From positions 7,980,648-8,044,647 of the forward strand of contig NC_068997.1 in NCBI RefSeq assembly GCF_001194135.2: a stretch of DNA of 64,000 nt. The letters are read 5' to 3'. This document shows, piece after piece, positions 13,306 to 26,100 of this stretch. A program made the translations under genes and the position numbers. The stretch is from Octopus bimaculoides (Eukaryota). The notes under the pieces are model-generated. The model worked only from the letters and a program-made list of their open reading frames with translations, had not been told where the DNA came from and searched no databases. Within the stretch, counting starts at the first letter, position 1. Every line of letters begins with the position of its first letter.

Positions 13306-13540
13306 GGTGCAATGGCCCAGTGGTTAGAGCAGCAGACTCGCGATCGTAGGATCGCGGTTTCGATTCCCAGGCCGGACTTTGTGAGTATTTATTGAGCAAA
13401 AACACCTAAATCTCCACAAGGCTCCGGCAAGGGGTAGTGGTGAACCCTGCTGTATTCTTTCACCACAATTTTCTCTCACTCTTTCTTCCTGCTTCTGCTG
13501 TACCTGTATTTCAAAGGGCCAGCTTTGTCACGCTGAATCT
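13306..13540 (+). mobile_element. tRNA-derived SINE
   Basis: A-box TGGCCCAGTGG and B-box GGTTTCGATTCC, then a non-tRNA body; same family as 48150-48470. Confidence 0.85.
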
Positions 13541-13559
13541 CTTTTTGAATAATTAGACC

Positions 13560-14800
13560 GTTTTTTTCTGGAACATTGAATACAACATGGACAAAAAGCA
13601 AATTCGCACAATTTTCTTATTCCAGTTCAAGCTAGGCCGAAAAGCTATTGAAACAGCTGGCGATATCAACGATGCGTTTGGCCCAGGAACCACTAATGAA
13701 CGTACAGCACAAAAATGGTTCAAGAAATTTCGTAGCGGTGACGAGAGTCTTGAAGATGATAAGCGTAGTGGTCGGCCATCGGATGTTGACAACGATCAAC
13801 CAAGAGCCTTAGTGGAAGCCAATCCACGCACAACTGTTCGAGAGTTTGCTTCTGAATTAGACGTAACGTATATGACAATTTCCAACCACNNNNNNNNNNN
13901 NNNNNNNNNNNNNNNNNNNNNNNNNNNNNNNNNNNNNNNNNNNNNNNNNNNNNNNNNNNNNNNNNNNNNNNNNNNNNNNNNNNNNNNNNNNNNNNNNNNN
14001 NNNNNNNNNNNNNNNNNNNNNNNNNNNNNNNNNNNNNNNNNNNNNNNNNNNNNNNNNNNNNNNNNNNNNNNNNNNNNNNNNNNNNNNNNNNNNNNNNNNN
14101 NNNNNNNNNNNNNNNNNNNNNNNNNNNNNNNNNNNNNNNNNNNNNNNNNNNNNNNNNNNNNNNNNNNNNNNNNNNNNNNNNNNNNNNNNNNNNNNNNNNN
14201 NNNNNNNNNNNNNNNNNNNNNNNNNNNNNNNNNNNNNNNNNNNNNNNNNNNNNNNNNNNNNNNNNNNNNNNNNNNNNNNNNNNNNNNNNNNNNNNNNNNN
14301 NNNNNNNNNNNNNNNNNNNNNNNNNNNNNNNNNNNNNNNNNNNNNNNNNNNNNNNNNNNNNNNNNNNNNNNNNNNNNNNNNNNNNNNNNNNNNNNNNNNN
14401 NNNNNNNNNNNNNNNNNNNNNNNNNNNNNNNNNNNNNNNNNNNGACAATGCTCGGCCGCACGTCGCACAACTGACCCTGCAGAAGTTGAACAAATTGGGC
14501 TACGAAACTCTGCCTCATCCGCCATACTCACCAGACCTCTCGCCTACCAACTAATACTTGTTCAAGCATCTCGACAACTCTCTGCGTGAGAAATGCTTCA
14601 AAAACCAAAACGATGCCAAACACGCCTTCAACGACTTCATCGCCACCAGAACGCAAGATTTTTACGCTGCTGGCATAAATAAACTTGTTTCGCGTTGTCT
14701 GATGGTTTTTATATCGATTAATAAAGTTTTGTTTGAGCCGAGGTATGTGCATCTGAACTTAAAGGCTAAAAACCGCAAGAACTTTCTTGACAACCCAATA
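13560..14800 (+). mobile_element. Mariner transposon, Hsmar1/cecropia-like, interrupted by an assembly gap
   Basis: MDKKQIRTIFLFQFKLGRKAIETAGDINDAFGPGTTNERTAQKWFKKFRSGDESLEDDKRSGRPS; after the gap, [20 protein letters not shown]. Right TIR aaaaccgcaagaactttcttgacaacccaata at about 14769-14800. Gap 13890-14443. Confidence 0.93.
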
Positions 14801-14944
14801 AATCAACGTTTTAAGCGACTGAAAGCGGTAGCATATTTTGATAAAATTTTGAATACTTTCTATTATCCCTTATAAAGTTCTCAAAGTGTTTCATTTCTTT
14901 TTTTATGCGCACGCGCACGCGCTAACTAAACTTACTAAAGTTTT

Positions 14945-15100
14945 TCAGATGCTGGTGTATTTACGTCCTCGTATCTTAGCGATTCGGCAAAAGAGACCGA
15001 TAGAATAAGTACTAGGCTTACAAAAAATAAGTCCTGGGATCGATTTGCTCGACTAAAGGCGGTGCTCCAGCATGGCTGCAGTCAAATGACTGAAACAAGT
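14945..15100 (+). mobile_element. SINE 3' part (ggcggtgctccagcatggc..cagtcaaatgactgaaac)
   Basis: The same sequence recurs at about 35580-35720 (-) and 45230-45480 (+). Confidence 0.8.
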
Positions 15101-15133
15101 AAAACAATAAAACAATACACACACATATACATG

Positions 15134-15165
<32 letters not shown>

Positions 15166-16529
15166 CTCTGTACCCAATGTTTCAGAAATCAATAAAAGGA
15201 AATTAAAATCAAAGAACAAACTAAATACGAATAGAATGAAGTTGATGGGGGTTTGGAGGGGGAGAGTCATGGCTGGCGTGGGAAATATCAGTTTGATGGG
15301 GGAGAGAAATGAAAACAAAAAAGGAAATCACGAAATGAACGAAGTAGGAAGTACTTATTTGAATGGCGAGCGTCGTGGGGCTGGAGTCGGATCAGATATC
15401 ATTCGTTGACTCGATATCACAATTTACACTGTCATATGACGGAAATTTATTAGAAATAACGGATATTACTAATCAGGAGGAAGGCGTGATGTGTGGAAGT
15501 GGTGGTGGTGGTTGGGGGTGGAGCTGATTGCGGAGGTTGGTCGTGGAAAATGAGATTTCTCGTAAACATGTGTCTGATTTAGCAAGCGATAACATGCTGG
15601 GAAGAATTATTGAAGTTGTTAACAGTTTGATGGAAAATCTGATCTGTTGACCGAAGTATCAATAGTTTGTGTGTCACCAGTTTGTATGTGTTAATATCCT
15701 TAACAAAGACGTTGACCTCTTCCAATGGTTCTGTCCAAATATTCTAATACACGACATCTGGATACTTTGGTGCAGCAATCTGTTTGATTCAACAAGAATT
15801 TACGGTAAACTTCTTAAACACCAGACCGAGTTTGCTCGGATTTGCAAGACACCGTTTCCCCTTCCCACCTCGATCTTCCAAAGCATTCGAAAATTCCACT
15901 CAATGATATCCAGTGTCATCTGTTCACTGGCTGAAGAATCTTCGCAGAGTTACCAATGTGATTACGACCATTATGAATTACCCCAAAACAAGATGTCACA
16001 AACTAGCTCCTCTTTACTTCTCTGCCATTACAGAACTAAAATAGTCTCCGCTGTTTGGCTCTTATGATTCAACCTCGCTTTGAGACCCTCTTCTGTTTCG
16101 TTTAATGGTGAACAATACCTGAGGAAGGTAAACTAGTCTTAATTTCGGTCGAATTATTCTTCATGGAAAAGTTCTTCTGTCCTAAAAAACAAATGCCACA
16201 CAGGCAGAAAACGTTCCGCAATTATTGCAACGCTACCAGTCAAAGGACAAGATATCTATTAACTGTATCTCTTAATCAAGTATCGCCAAAGACTTTTGGA
16301 CATTTTACTGATGTGCCTACGTATGAGGCTACTGCAAATGTTCTGCAGGTTTCATACGTCGAAGCAAAAAAAATAATAATAAAAATAAGAACTGTACATG
16401 CGCAGAATGTTGGGGCAACTCGGTGGCAAGAGTTTTATGAACAACTAGATAAGTATTTACAAAAATACAGTTCTATATTTAAGAGATGAGGCATTATTTA
16501 CATTTGACGGATATTTGTCCTCATCTTGT

Positions 16530-17165
16530 TTGTTGTTAACATAACGTTTCGGTTGATATATCCTCCAGCCTTCATCAGGTGTCCTGGGGTTGTCATTCCT
16601 AAGGTATTTTTCGTTGTTGTTATTTGGGGTTAGTAGCCCGCACTCTTAACCACTACACCATATGCCCGTGGGTAATTATGGAGTGAATTTTAGGGCTTAT
16701 AAATCTAATATTCTTCTATCCTTTCTTAATACCGGTTCCCATATGCTGTTCATATCTGCGCTCGGCTTGCTTAGGAGGTTCTTGTGTCCTAGCATATGTG
16801 CTGCTTCTTTTAGTTTTTGTATTTTCCAGTGGTGTTCTCTGCCTATTTTATTTTAACTTCATCCCACAGGGGATGAAAATAAAATGGAAACCCCACTTCC
16901 TGTGGGATGAAGTTAAAATAATAGACAGAGAACACCATTGGAAAATACGAAAACTAAAAGAAGCAGCACATATGCTAGGACACAACAACCTCCTAAGCAG
17001 ACCGAGTGCAGATATGAGTAGCATATGGGAACCGGTATTAAGGAAGGATAGGAAAATATTAGATTTATAAGCCCTAAAATTCACACCGTAATTGCCCACG
17101 TGCATATGGGGTAATGTTTAAGAGCGCGGGCTACTAACCCCAAGATTCCAGGCAGTGGCCTGAAT
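16530..17165. mobile_element. Penelope-like element end in inverted (hairpin) configuration
   Basis: ORF 16798..17070 ends in EVKIIDREHHWKIRKLKEAAHM...SIWEPVL, typical of the PLE GIY-YIG C-terminus. Its inverted copy spans 16626-16870. A CTGATGA...GAAAC core lies on the minus strand at 16578-16546. Confidence 0.85.
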
Positions 17166-18999
17166 GATAATAATAACAACAACAACAACATTAATAATAA
17201 TAATAATAATAATAATGATAATAATAAACACTTTGTTCTTTCTAAAATCACATAATAACTTATGTTAATGATCTTCCAGGTCTTCCTTCGTCAGCATTTA
17301 ATTTCAGAATGTGAAAGGCTGAAATTTTCTTTAAATGGAATTCGAAAAATATGAGTCGTATACAGTTTTTTTTGCTTTGACCACCTCTGTCTTGTCTTTT
17401 CTTGTCTTTCAATCAACCTCCTTCCCTGTTTTGTTCTTTTCTTGAATTTCATTTATTTCACTCCAACCCCTTTCGTTATTTTCAAATTGTCCCACACATT
17501 CCATGTCTGCTTGTCATCTTTTATTCTTTAAATTTCTTCCGTAATAAAAAAAAATCGTCTTCCAACTGAGATACCAGATCCCTTCATTGAAAATTTAACT
17601 GTAACCAAGAGGTTTACATGCTGGATTTCAAAATATCTTTCCTAATCTTAGATTCACACTCACACACACACACACACACACGAAGCACAACACACACACA
17701 CACATCGAACTGTCCACCTTACATTAGAGGCATTTCAGGAAAAATTCAGATCAGGACAATATTTAAAAGTAGGTTTGTCCTGAACAGAGCCTCCATCAGC
17801 AACAGAACATGATTGATAACTACGTGAATTCTATCAACACCCCCACCACAGCCACGACACCCCCACCACCACGACTAGCAGAATTTCTTTTCCACTTCAC
17901 TACCCATCGCCGCCGCCGCCGCCGCCCTAATCACCTCGCACGTCAAAGAAAGTGAAAACAAAACCATTATTCATTCAGAACAGAACGACCGAGTGTTCAA
18001 CCGCAACCGTTTCGTTTCTAATAAAACGTGTATGGACGTGCCATGTTGCGTGTGTATAAAATATAGAGCTGGGAGCTGCACTTGCTCGAACAATGGGAGA
18101 AATCTAACTGTAATCAAAAGACAGAAATCAGTCTCACTACTAAGCGCTTTCAATTCCTAAGATCGATAACATCTCCACTGTGTTTACTGATCAGCTTTCT
18201 TTTTGATAAATAGAATGTTATTGTTTGTCTCCATCTCAACTCACTTCGAACGGATCCGTGATCAAAGCATTCCAGCCTTGTCTATATCTAGCAATGAATT
18301 GTCCAATGAGTCCTTCGCATTATTTATTCTTTAAAACGGTGGTTTAAGAGAATCTGGCTGTTCTTTCCAACAAACCGAGCAACCACGTGGATCAGTGGGT
18401 TTCCATATAAGATTTCGTACTTAAAAATTAATTGCAATAAATTGGTTCTATTTCACGAAATATTTTAACAATGTTTTTATACAAACCCTCGTAATATTTA
18501 ATTATAAAATTATAAAAGTATGAAGGAATTTTTTTAAACACCAAATGGCTCTCAGGGTCCACCTGAGTGAAATAGGAATCAAAAAGGTCCATAAGTAACA
18601 GATGGTTGAGAACCACTTAACACGACACTGTTGGAAGGCAGGTTTAGAGAGGGTGCGGTTTAAACTACGTGTACTTGCCCTCCGTTGGTCAGTTGAAGCT
18701 TAGACAGTGTCACGTGACAGTTAGCTAGTACTGGCTGCTGGAGTCTACCGGTGAGTATTTAAAGGGAAATTTGGCAGGATGGTCAGTCACCCGCTGACAT
18801 TCGTTGACACTGCATCGAAGAAACCAAAGAGCAAAAGAAAAAAAGAGGGGCCTCGCCTCGTCGAAAATGGTAGAGGAGTAGGGGCCAAAACCGGATGTGG
18901 TTCCCCTTGATGATGTCTTTAGCCACTAGATCCTATAAAGGAGCTGGTGAGGTAGCGAAACGTGGTTGGAATTCTTCTCTGTAGGACATATCCACATCT

Positions 19000-19348
19000 G
19001 AATTTATTTTCTCATAACTTTCAAAACAATGGATATCTTTTTGATGAAATTTTTTGCAAATACGTTTCAAATAATGTAGATTGCAATTATATTGCAATTA
19101 ATATGGAAAATGGTGGGAAAATACATTCATACTGACACACATCCATTATATATCTACAAAACGAAGCTTGAAATTAAACAAAAAAATTAAAACATGTGAT
19201 GTATGTCGGTATGTAAGTGCAAATGCTCAATAAATTTTTTCCGCATTAAATTCCGATATTATCGTAATCTAAACCTTCAGAAAGATTATTTGTAGAAAAT
19301 TTCATAAAAAGATATTCATTTTTCTGAAAGTTATAAGGAAACGAAGTC
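19000..19348. mobile_element. MITE-like element with about 62-bp imperfect inverted repeats
   Basis: 19000-19062 (aatttattttctcataactttcaaaacaatggatatctttttgatgaaattttttgcaaata) is inverted at about 19287-19348. Confidence 0.6.
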
Positions 19349-19530
19349 GGTATCGGAGAGCAAACTTGTGTAGGTATGGCCTATGGAGTTATCTGTCAGG
19401 GTTTGTGTGTGTAAGCATAAACATGTCTCCTTCGCGTATAAAGGGATCACAGTGAGTATGTACATGCATACATGTGCCTATGTGAATGCCTGCACGTACA
19501 CATGCATACACACACACACGTGTGTGTTAC

Positions 19531-19568
<38 letters not shown>

Positions 19569-19721
19569 CATCATGTAACCTCNNNNNNNNNNNNNNNNNN
19601 NNNNNNNNNNNNNNNNNNNNNNNNNNNNNNNNNNNNNNNNNNNNNNNNNNNNNNNNNNACTATCCATATCACGTCCTCACTTTGTTGTTTTTTTTGTTTT
19701 TTTGTTATTGTGTTTTTGAAC

Positions 19722-19758
<37 letters not shown>

Positions 19759-19873
19759 GTGTGAGAGAGCAGAAAGTCAGTGGATATGAGAGTTCATTTT
19801 TTTCCATGCAACTTCCATGTGATTACAGCCGTATCGTAAGCTTCTTCATGTAGAATTATTAATTTCGGTATGA

Positions 19874-20092
19874 AGTGGGTGAGCAGGCAGAACCGTTGGC
19901 ACGCCGGAGAAAATGCTTAGCAACATTTCGTTCGTTTTTACTTTCTGAGTTCAAATTCCACCGAGGTCGACTTTATCTTTCATCTTTTCAGGTTCGATAA
20001 ATTAAGTACCAATCGATCAGTGGGGTCAATGTAATCGATTTAACCGTTCCCCTACAATTTCAGGCCTCTTGCTAATAGCAGAAAGAATTATT
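19874..20092 (+). mobile_element. Dominant SINE family (gcagaa..gttagcacgccgg..aaatgcttagc..gaggtcgactttgcctttcatcc)
   Basis: Many copies in the window, approximately: 20645-20855 (-), 21275-21490 (-), 21505-21740 (-), 22785-22990 (-), 26570-26700 (-), 38320-38880 (three, -), 52665-52840 (+), 53020-53220 (+), 54605-54810 (+), 59140-59330 (-). Confidence 0.9.
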
Positions 20093-23000
20093 AATTTATT
20101 TCTGTAAAATTACATACACATGTTTACATGTGTTCTATCGATGGCTTATTGACTGGAAATAAGAGGACAACTGTAAACGCTGTTCCTGCCTGAATAGATG
20201 TCATCAGCAAGGCAATTGTCCAACCTTATTGCCAGCAACCGAGAGACTCGGACTTATATAAAAAGAGTAGAACACATTTATGGCAGAGGTAGTCTGTATT
20301 GTTTAAACAAAACCAAACTTAGAGAAATAACTGAGAGTGGCCTATGGCGTGTATGTGAACAACACAGACAAATACAGGTATATCATATACCATACAACAT
20401 AAATTCCTGATTTATTAAAATTATCTCCGCCTCTAGAGGATGCGTCACAATTACCAAATGGCAATTAAGACCAGTTCCATGTGAGAAGATTAGATAACCC
20501 CAAGAACTCCCCCAGAGACTTGACGTACCATTAAGGAAAAGGATAGAATCAGATCAAGGATTACTTCTAAATTCAAGCCCCGTTTAGCGTATTTATTCAA
20601 ATAGCACCCTTAATATCTAACTTGATTAGCCAACATATTTAGATTGGTTCCAAAGTTTGACACAAGGTTAGCAATTTCGGAAGAGGAGTTAAGTTACTTA
20701 CATCAATCCCAGAACTCAACTGGTACTTATTTTATCGACCCTGAAAGAAAAAAAGACAAAGTCGACCTCGGCGGAATTTGAACTCTGAACGTAAAGAAGA
20801 ACGAAATGCCGCTAAGCATTTTGCTCGGCATTCTTACGACGCTGCCAGCTCGCCGTTCTCTCCAGCATGTTTATATTGCTGGTTCCTTCCTTTTGTCTGT
20901 GTTTTGGCTTTGCAATGAAACAAAGCAAATCAGCTGTTATTAACCAGTTCAGTTTAGAAATATTTATATATTGATTCAGATGATGGTTGCTAAGCAATTC
21001 ACTGGTTGACCGAAACCAGTGGTGATGGGTGGCGGTGTTGGAAACGGGATTTTTTGTTTGTTTGTTTGTTTGAAATTTTCTTCCTTTCTTTTTTTTTTCT
21101 GTGTGTTGGCTTTTGTTATTGTTGTTGTAATAATCATTTCTTACAACAGCACAAGGCCAGAAGTCTTACAGGAGAGAAACAATCAATTACATCGATCTCA
21201 TTACTTCGTCGTACCTTCTTTATCGATCTCGGAAAAATAAAAGAAAAAGTTAACGCCGGCAGGATTTAAACTCAGTAATGATTATTTCTAACATAGCCCA
21301 AGGCCAGACATTTGGCTGGAAGGGAGCTGTGATTATATTGACTACATTGTTTGATTGGTGCTTTATTTTATTAACCTCACAAAGATGATAGGTAAAGTTG
21401 ACTTCGGCAGGATTTGATCTCAGAACGTAAAGAGTCAGAGGAGCACAAGACATTGTGACCGACGCTCTGATGGTTCTGCTAATCATAACGATTCTTTCTG
21501 CTGAAGGCACGAGGCCTAATATTTTAGGGGAGAGAAGAAATCGATTACATCGACCCACTGTTCAATTGATAGTTATTTTATCGATCCAGACACGATGAAA
21601 GGCAAAGTCGACCTCAATGGAATTTGAACACTAAACGTAAGGACGGACAAAATGCCGCTAAGCATTTTGCTAATAGTTCTGCCAGTTCACCGCCCGTATA
21701 ATATTGTCTTCAAATTTTGGCACAAGGCCAGCAATTTCTGATCGATGTTGATGCAATTTCTATTATCAGTTTCATTCCAGATTTATTTATTTATCAGTTT
21801 GTACAGTATAAAAATATAAATATATAAAATCTAATCAGGAAAATGACAACTCTTACAACAACCACAACAACAATAAGGAAACTTATCTCAAAATTTCTTA
21901 TTTAGAAAGCGTTCCGTCCCTCCTCCCGACCTTCATTTGTTATTCATTATCTCGCCACCACCACCACCACCACCACCACCTTCCTTTCTTCTCTCTCCCG
22001 TTTCTGTTTATAGATTTTTCTCCATTTATTATTTACTTTGCCATTCATCCATCTCCCACCACCACCTACCCACCCCTCGCCTAGCTTCTCTCCTGATAAT
22101 GTCTTCCTTCCACACAAAAGAGTTCCACTGGTTCTGTTTAGTCAAACCTGGAGACGGGCTTCGTTCGTTTGTAAAATCCTAACAAATCTGGAGATGGAAG
22201 TGTTAAAGAGAGAGTATGACATTTTGACATTTTCTCGTCGGAAACCTTGTAAACTGGATGTGTGGCAGGGTGATGGGGTTGTTTCGTGATAATTAATACA
22301 GCAATCTAAGGGGGTGGGTTGTTTCTGTTTGTTGGTAGCTGTGAGGGTATCTATGTTATTGTGCTGATATGATGACAATGAGAATGTATATTGCACACAC
22401 CTCGTATAGTATTTGTGTCACTCACATTTCACCGTGTGTACGTCTATACATATGTGTGTGTGTATGTGTATAGGTACACAGGGTGTCCCAAAAGTAGCTT
22501 TACAGTCATTCAACTATCTCTTTCGCGTTCATATATTAACAATTTAGATCTTAATTATAACAAAAATAAGAAACCATTATTCTATGCTAATTTAGTTAAT
22601 TTTGTCAAGCTCCCTTTTCGGTTTGTAAGATAGAAATGTAAATGTAATAAAATGTTTTAAAAGAAATTTAAAGTGCCTACGTGATAACTGTAAACCTACT
22701 TTTGGGTCACCATGTATATGTATGTACGTGTGTTTGTGTAAACATATGTATATGAGTGTGTATACAACACACGCATATATACCTTTCTACTCTAGGCACA
22801 AGGCTCGAAACTTTGCGGGGAAGTGGCCAGGCGATTAGATCGACTCCAGTTCGCAACTGGTACTTAATTTATCGACCCCGAAAGGCAAAGTCGACCTCGG
22901 CGGAATTCGAACTCACAACATAAAGACAGACGAAATATCGCTAAGCATTTCGCGCGGCGTGCTAAGGTTTCTGCCAGCTCGCCGCCTTAAGACACGCATA

Positions 23001-23149
23001 TATAAACACATATATGTATTCATGTAGGGGGGGGGCGAACTTGCATACGCGTACGTGTATATATACATGAGTGAGTGTACGAACGAAAGAAAGAGGCACT
23101 CAACACTTTCAGAAGTAGTTACATATATTATTACAGAAAAGATTTTGTT

Positions 23150-26100
23150 TCGGCCCCAAGTTGCGTAGGCTTGTCACAAAATTGTCTGAACCCCAAATTG
23201 CGTCGGCTCGTCACGAGCTTGTCTGAGACACAAGTTGCGTACGTTCGTCACCAGCTTGTCTGAGCCGGAAGTTGCGTAGGCTCCTCACAAGCTTGTCTGA
23301 GCCCCAAGTTTCGTAGGCTTGTCACAAGCTTGTCTTAGCTCCAAGTTGCGTAGGCTCGTCACAAGCTTGTCTGAGCCCCAAGTTGCGTAGGCTTGTCACA
23401 AGCTTGTCTAAGCCCCAAGATGCGTCGGCTCGTCGCAAGCTTGCCTTGGCCCCAAGTGTCGTAGGCTTGTCACAAGCTTGTCTGAGCCGGAATTTGCGTA
23501 GGCTCGTCACAAGCTTGTGAGTTCCAAGATGCATAGGCTCGTCCCACGCTTGTCTCAGCCTCAAGTTGCGTAGGCTTGTCACAAGCTTCTCTGAACCTAA
23601 AGTTGCGTAGGCTTGTCATGAGATTGTCTGATCCACAAGTTGGTTGCGTAGACGCGTCACAAGCATGTCTGAGCCGAAAGATACGTAGGCTTGTCACAAG
23701 CTTGTCTCTGTCCCAAGTTGCGTAGGCTCGTCACAAGATTGTCTAAGCTCCAAGTTGCGTAGGCTTGTCACAAGCTTGTCAGAGCACCAAGTTGTGTAGG
23801 CTTGTCACAAGCTTATCTGTGCTGCAAGTTGCGTCGGCTCGTCCTAAGCTTGTCTCAGCCCCAAGTTGCGTAGCGTTGTCACAAGCTTGTCTGAGCACCA
23901 CGTTGCGTCGGATCCTCACAAGCTTGTCTGAGCCCCAAGTTGCGTAGGTTTGTCACAAACTTTTCGGAGCCCCAATTTGTCTGAGCCCCAAGATTCGTAG
24001 GCTCGTCACAAGCTTGTCTGAGCCACAACTTTCGTAGGCTTGTCACAAGCTTCTCTGAGCCCCAAGTTGTGTAGGATCATCACAAGCTTGTCTGAGCCCC
24101 AAGCTATCTGAGCCCCATGTTGCGTAGGCTTGTCACAAGCTTGTCTGAGCCCCACGTTGTCTGAGCCCCAAGTGTCGTAGGCTTGTCACAAGCTTGTCTA
24201 AGCCCCAAGTTGCGTAGGCTTGTCACAAGCTTGTCTGAGCTCCAATTTCCGTAGGCACGTCACAAGCTTGTGAGCTCGAAGGTGCATAGGCTCGTCACAA
24301 GCTTGTCTGAGCCCCAAGATGTCTGGGCCTCAAGTTGCGTAGGCTTGTCATGAGATTGCCTGAGCCACAAGCTGGTTGCGTTTACGCGTCACAAGTATGT
24401 CTGAGCCGAAAGATACGTAGGCTTGTCACAAGCTTGTCTGTGTCTCAAGTTGCGTAGGCTCGTCACAAGCTTGTCTGAGCTCCAAGTTGCATAGACTTGT
24501 CACAAACTTCTCTGAGGCCCAAGTTGCGTAGGCTCGTCACAAGCTTGTCTATGCCCCAAGTTGCGTAGGCTTTTCACAAGCTTGTCTTAGCTGCAAGTAG
24601 TGTAGGTTCGTCCCAAGCTTGTCTTAGCCGCAAGATTCGTAGGCTTGTCACAAGCTTGTCTGAGCCCCAAGTTGCGTAGGCTCGTCACAAGCTTGTCTGA
24701 GCCCCAAGTTGCGTACACTCGTCAGAAGCTTGTCTGAGCCACACTTTGCGTCGGCTCCTCACAAGCTTGTCTGTGCCCCATGTTGCGTAGGATTTTCACA
24801 AGCTTTTCTGAGCCGCAAGTAGCGTAGGCTCGTCCCAAGCTTGTCTGAGCCGCAAGTTGCGTAGCCTTATCACAAGCTTGTCTGAGTTCCAAGTTGCGTA
24901 GTCTTGTCACAAGCTTGTCTGAGTTCCAAGTTGCGTAGTCTCGTCACAAGCTTGTCTGAGCTCCAAGTTGCGTAGGCTCGTCACAAGCTTGTCTGAGCCC
25001 CAAGCTGCGTAGACTTGTCACAAGCTTCTCTGAGCCTCAAGTTGCGCACGCTTGTCACAAACGTGTTTGAGCCCCAAGTAGCGTAGACTTGTCACAAGCG
25101 TGTCTGTGACCCAAGTTGCGTAGGCTTTTCACAAGCTTGTCTGACCCGCAAGTTGCGTAGCCTTATCACAAGCTTATCTGAGCCCCAAGTTTCGTGGGCT
25201 TTTCACAAGCTTATCTGTGCTCAAACTTGCGTTTGCTTCTCAGACTCTTGTCTGAGGCCCAAGTTGCGTAGGCTTGTCACAAGCTTGTCTAAGCCCCAAG
25301 TTGCGTAGGCTTGTCACAAGCTTGTCTGAGCCCCAAGTTGCGTAGGCTTGTCACAAGCTTATCTGAGCCCCAAGTTTCGTGGGCTTTTCACAAGCTTATC
25401 TGTGCTCAAACTTGCGTTTGCTTCTCAGACGCATGTCTGATGCCCAAGTTGCGTAGGCTTGTCACAAGCTTATCTGAGCCCCAATTTGCGTAGGCTCGTC
25501 ATAAGCTTTTGAGCTCGAAGTTGCCTAGGCCCGTCACAAGCTTGTCTGGGCCCCAAGTTGCGTAGGCTTGTCACAAGCTTTCTGAGCCTGAAGTTACGTA
25601 GGCTTGTCACAAGCTTGTCTAATCCCCAAGTTTCGTAGGCTTGTCACAAGCTTGTCTGAGCCCCAAGTTGTGTAGGCTTGTCACAACCTTGTCTGAGCTC
25701 CAGGTTGCGTCAGCTCGTCACAAGCTTGTCTGAGCACGAAGTTTCGTAGGATCGTCACAAGCTCGTCTGAGCCACATGTTGCGTAGGCTCGTCACAAGCT
25801 TGTCTGAGCCCCAAGTTACGTACATTCGTCACAAGCTTGTCTGAGCTCCAAGTTGCGTTGTCTCGTCACAAGCTTGTCTTATCCCCAAGTTGCGTAGACT
25901 CGTCACAAGCTTGTCTGNNNNNNNNNNTTATCCCCAAGTTGCGTAGACTCGTCACAAGCTTGTCTGAGCCCCAAGTTGTGTAGGCTTGTCACAAGCTTGT
26001 CTGAGCTCCAGGTTGCGTCAGCTCGTCACAAGCTTGTCTGAGCTCCAAGTTGCGTTGTCTCGTCACAAGCTTGTCTTATCCCCAAGTTGCGTAGACTCGT

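Noticed and set aside
13306-13380. tRNA-like sequences here and at about 48150 and 43770
   Set aside because: They have A/B boxes but no complete cloverleaf or acceptor stem, and they continue into shared SINE bodies.
16163-16489. 108-aa plus-strand ORF next to the Penelope hairpin
   Set aside because: No recognisable motif or splice context. It probably belongs to a decayed element spanning about 15400-16500 that I could not classify.
18629-18988. TG...CA-bounded GC-richer block suggesting a solo LTR
   Set aside because: No TSD, weak terminal inversion and no clear poly(A) signal, so it is left unclassified.
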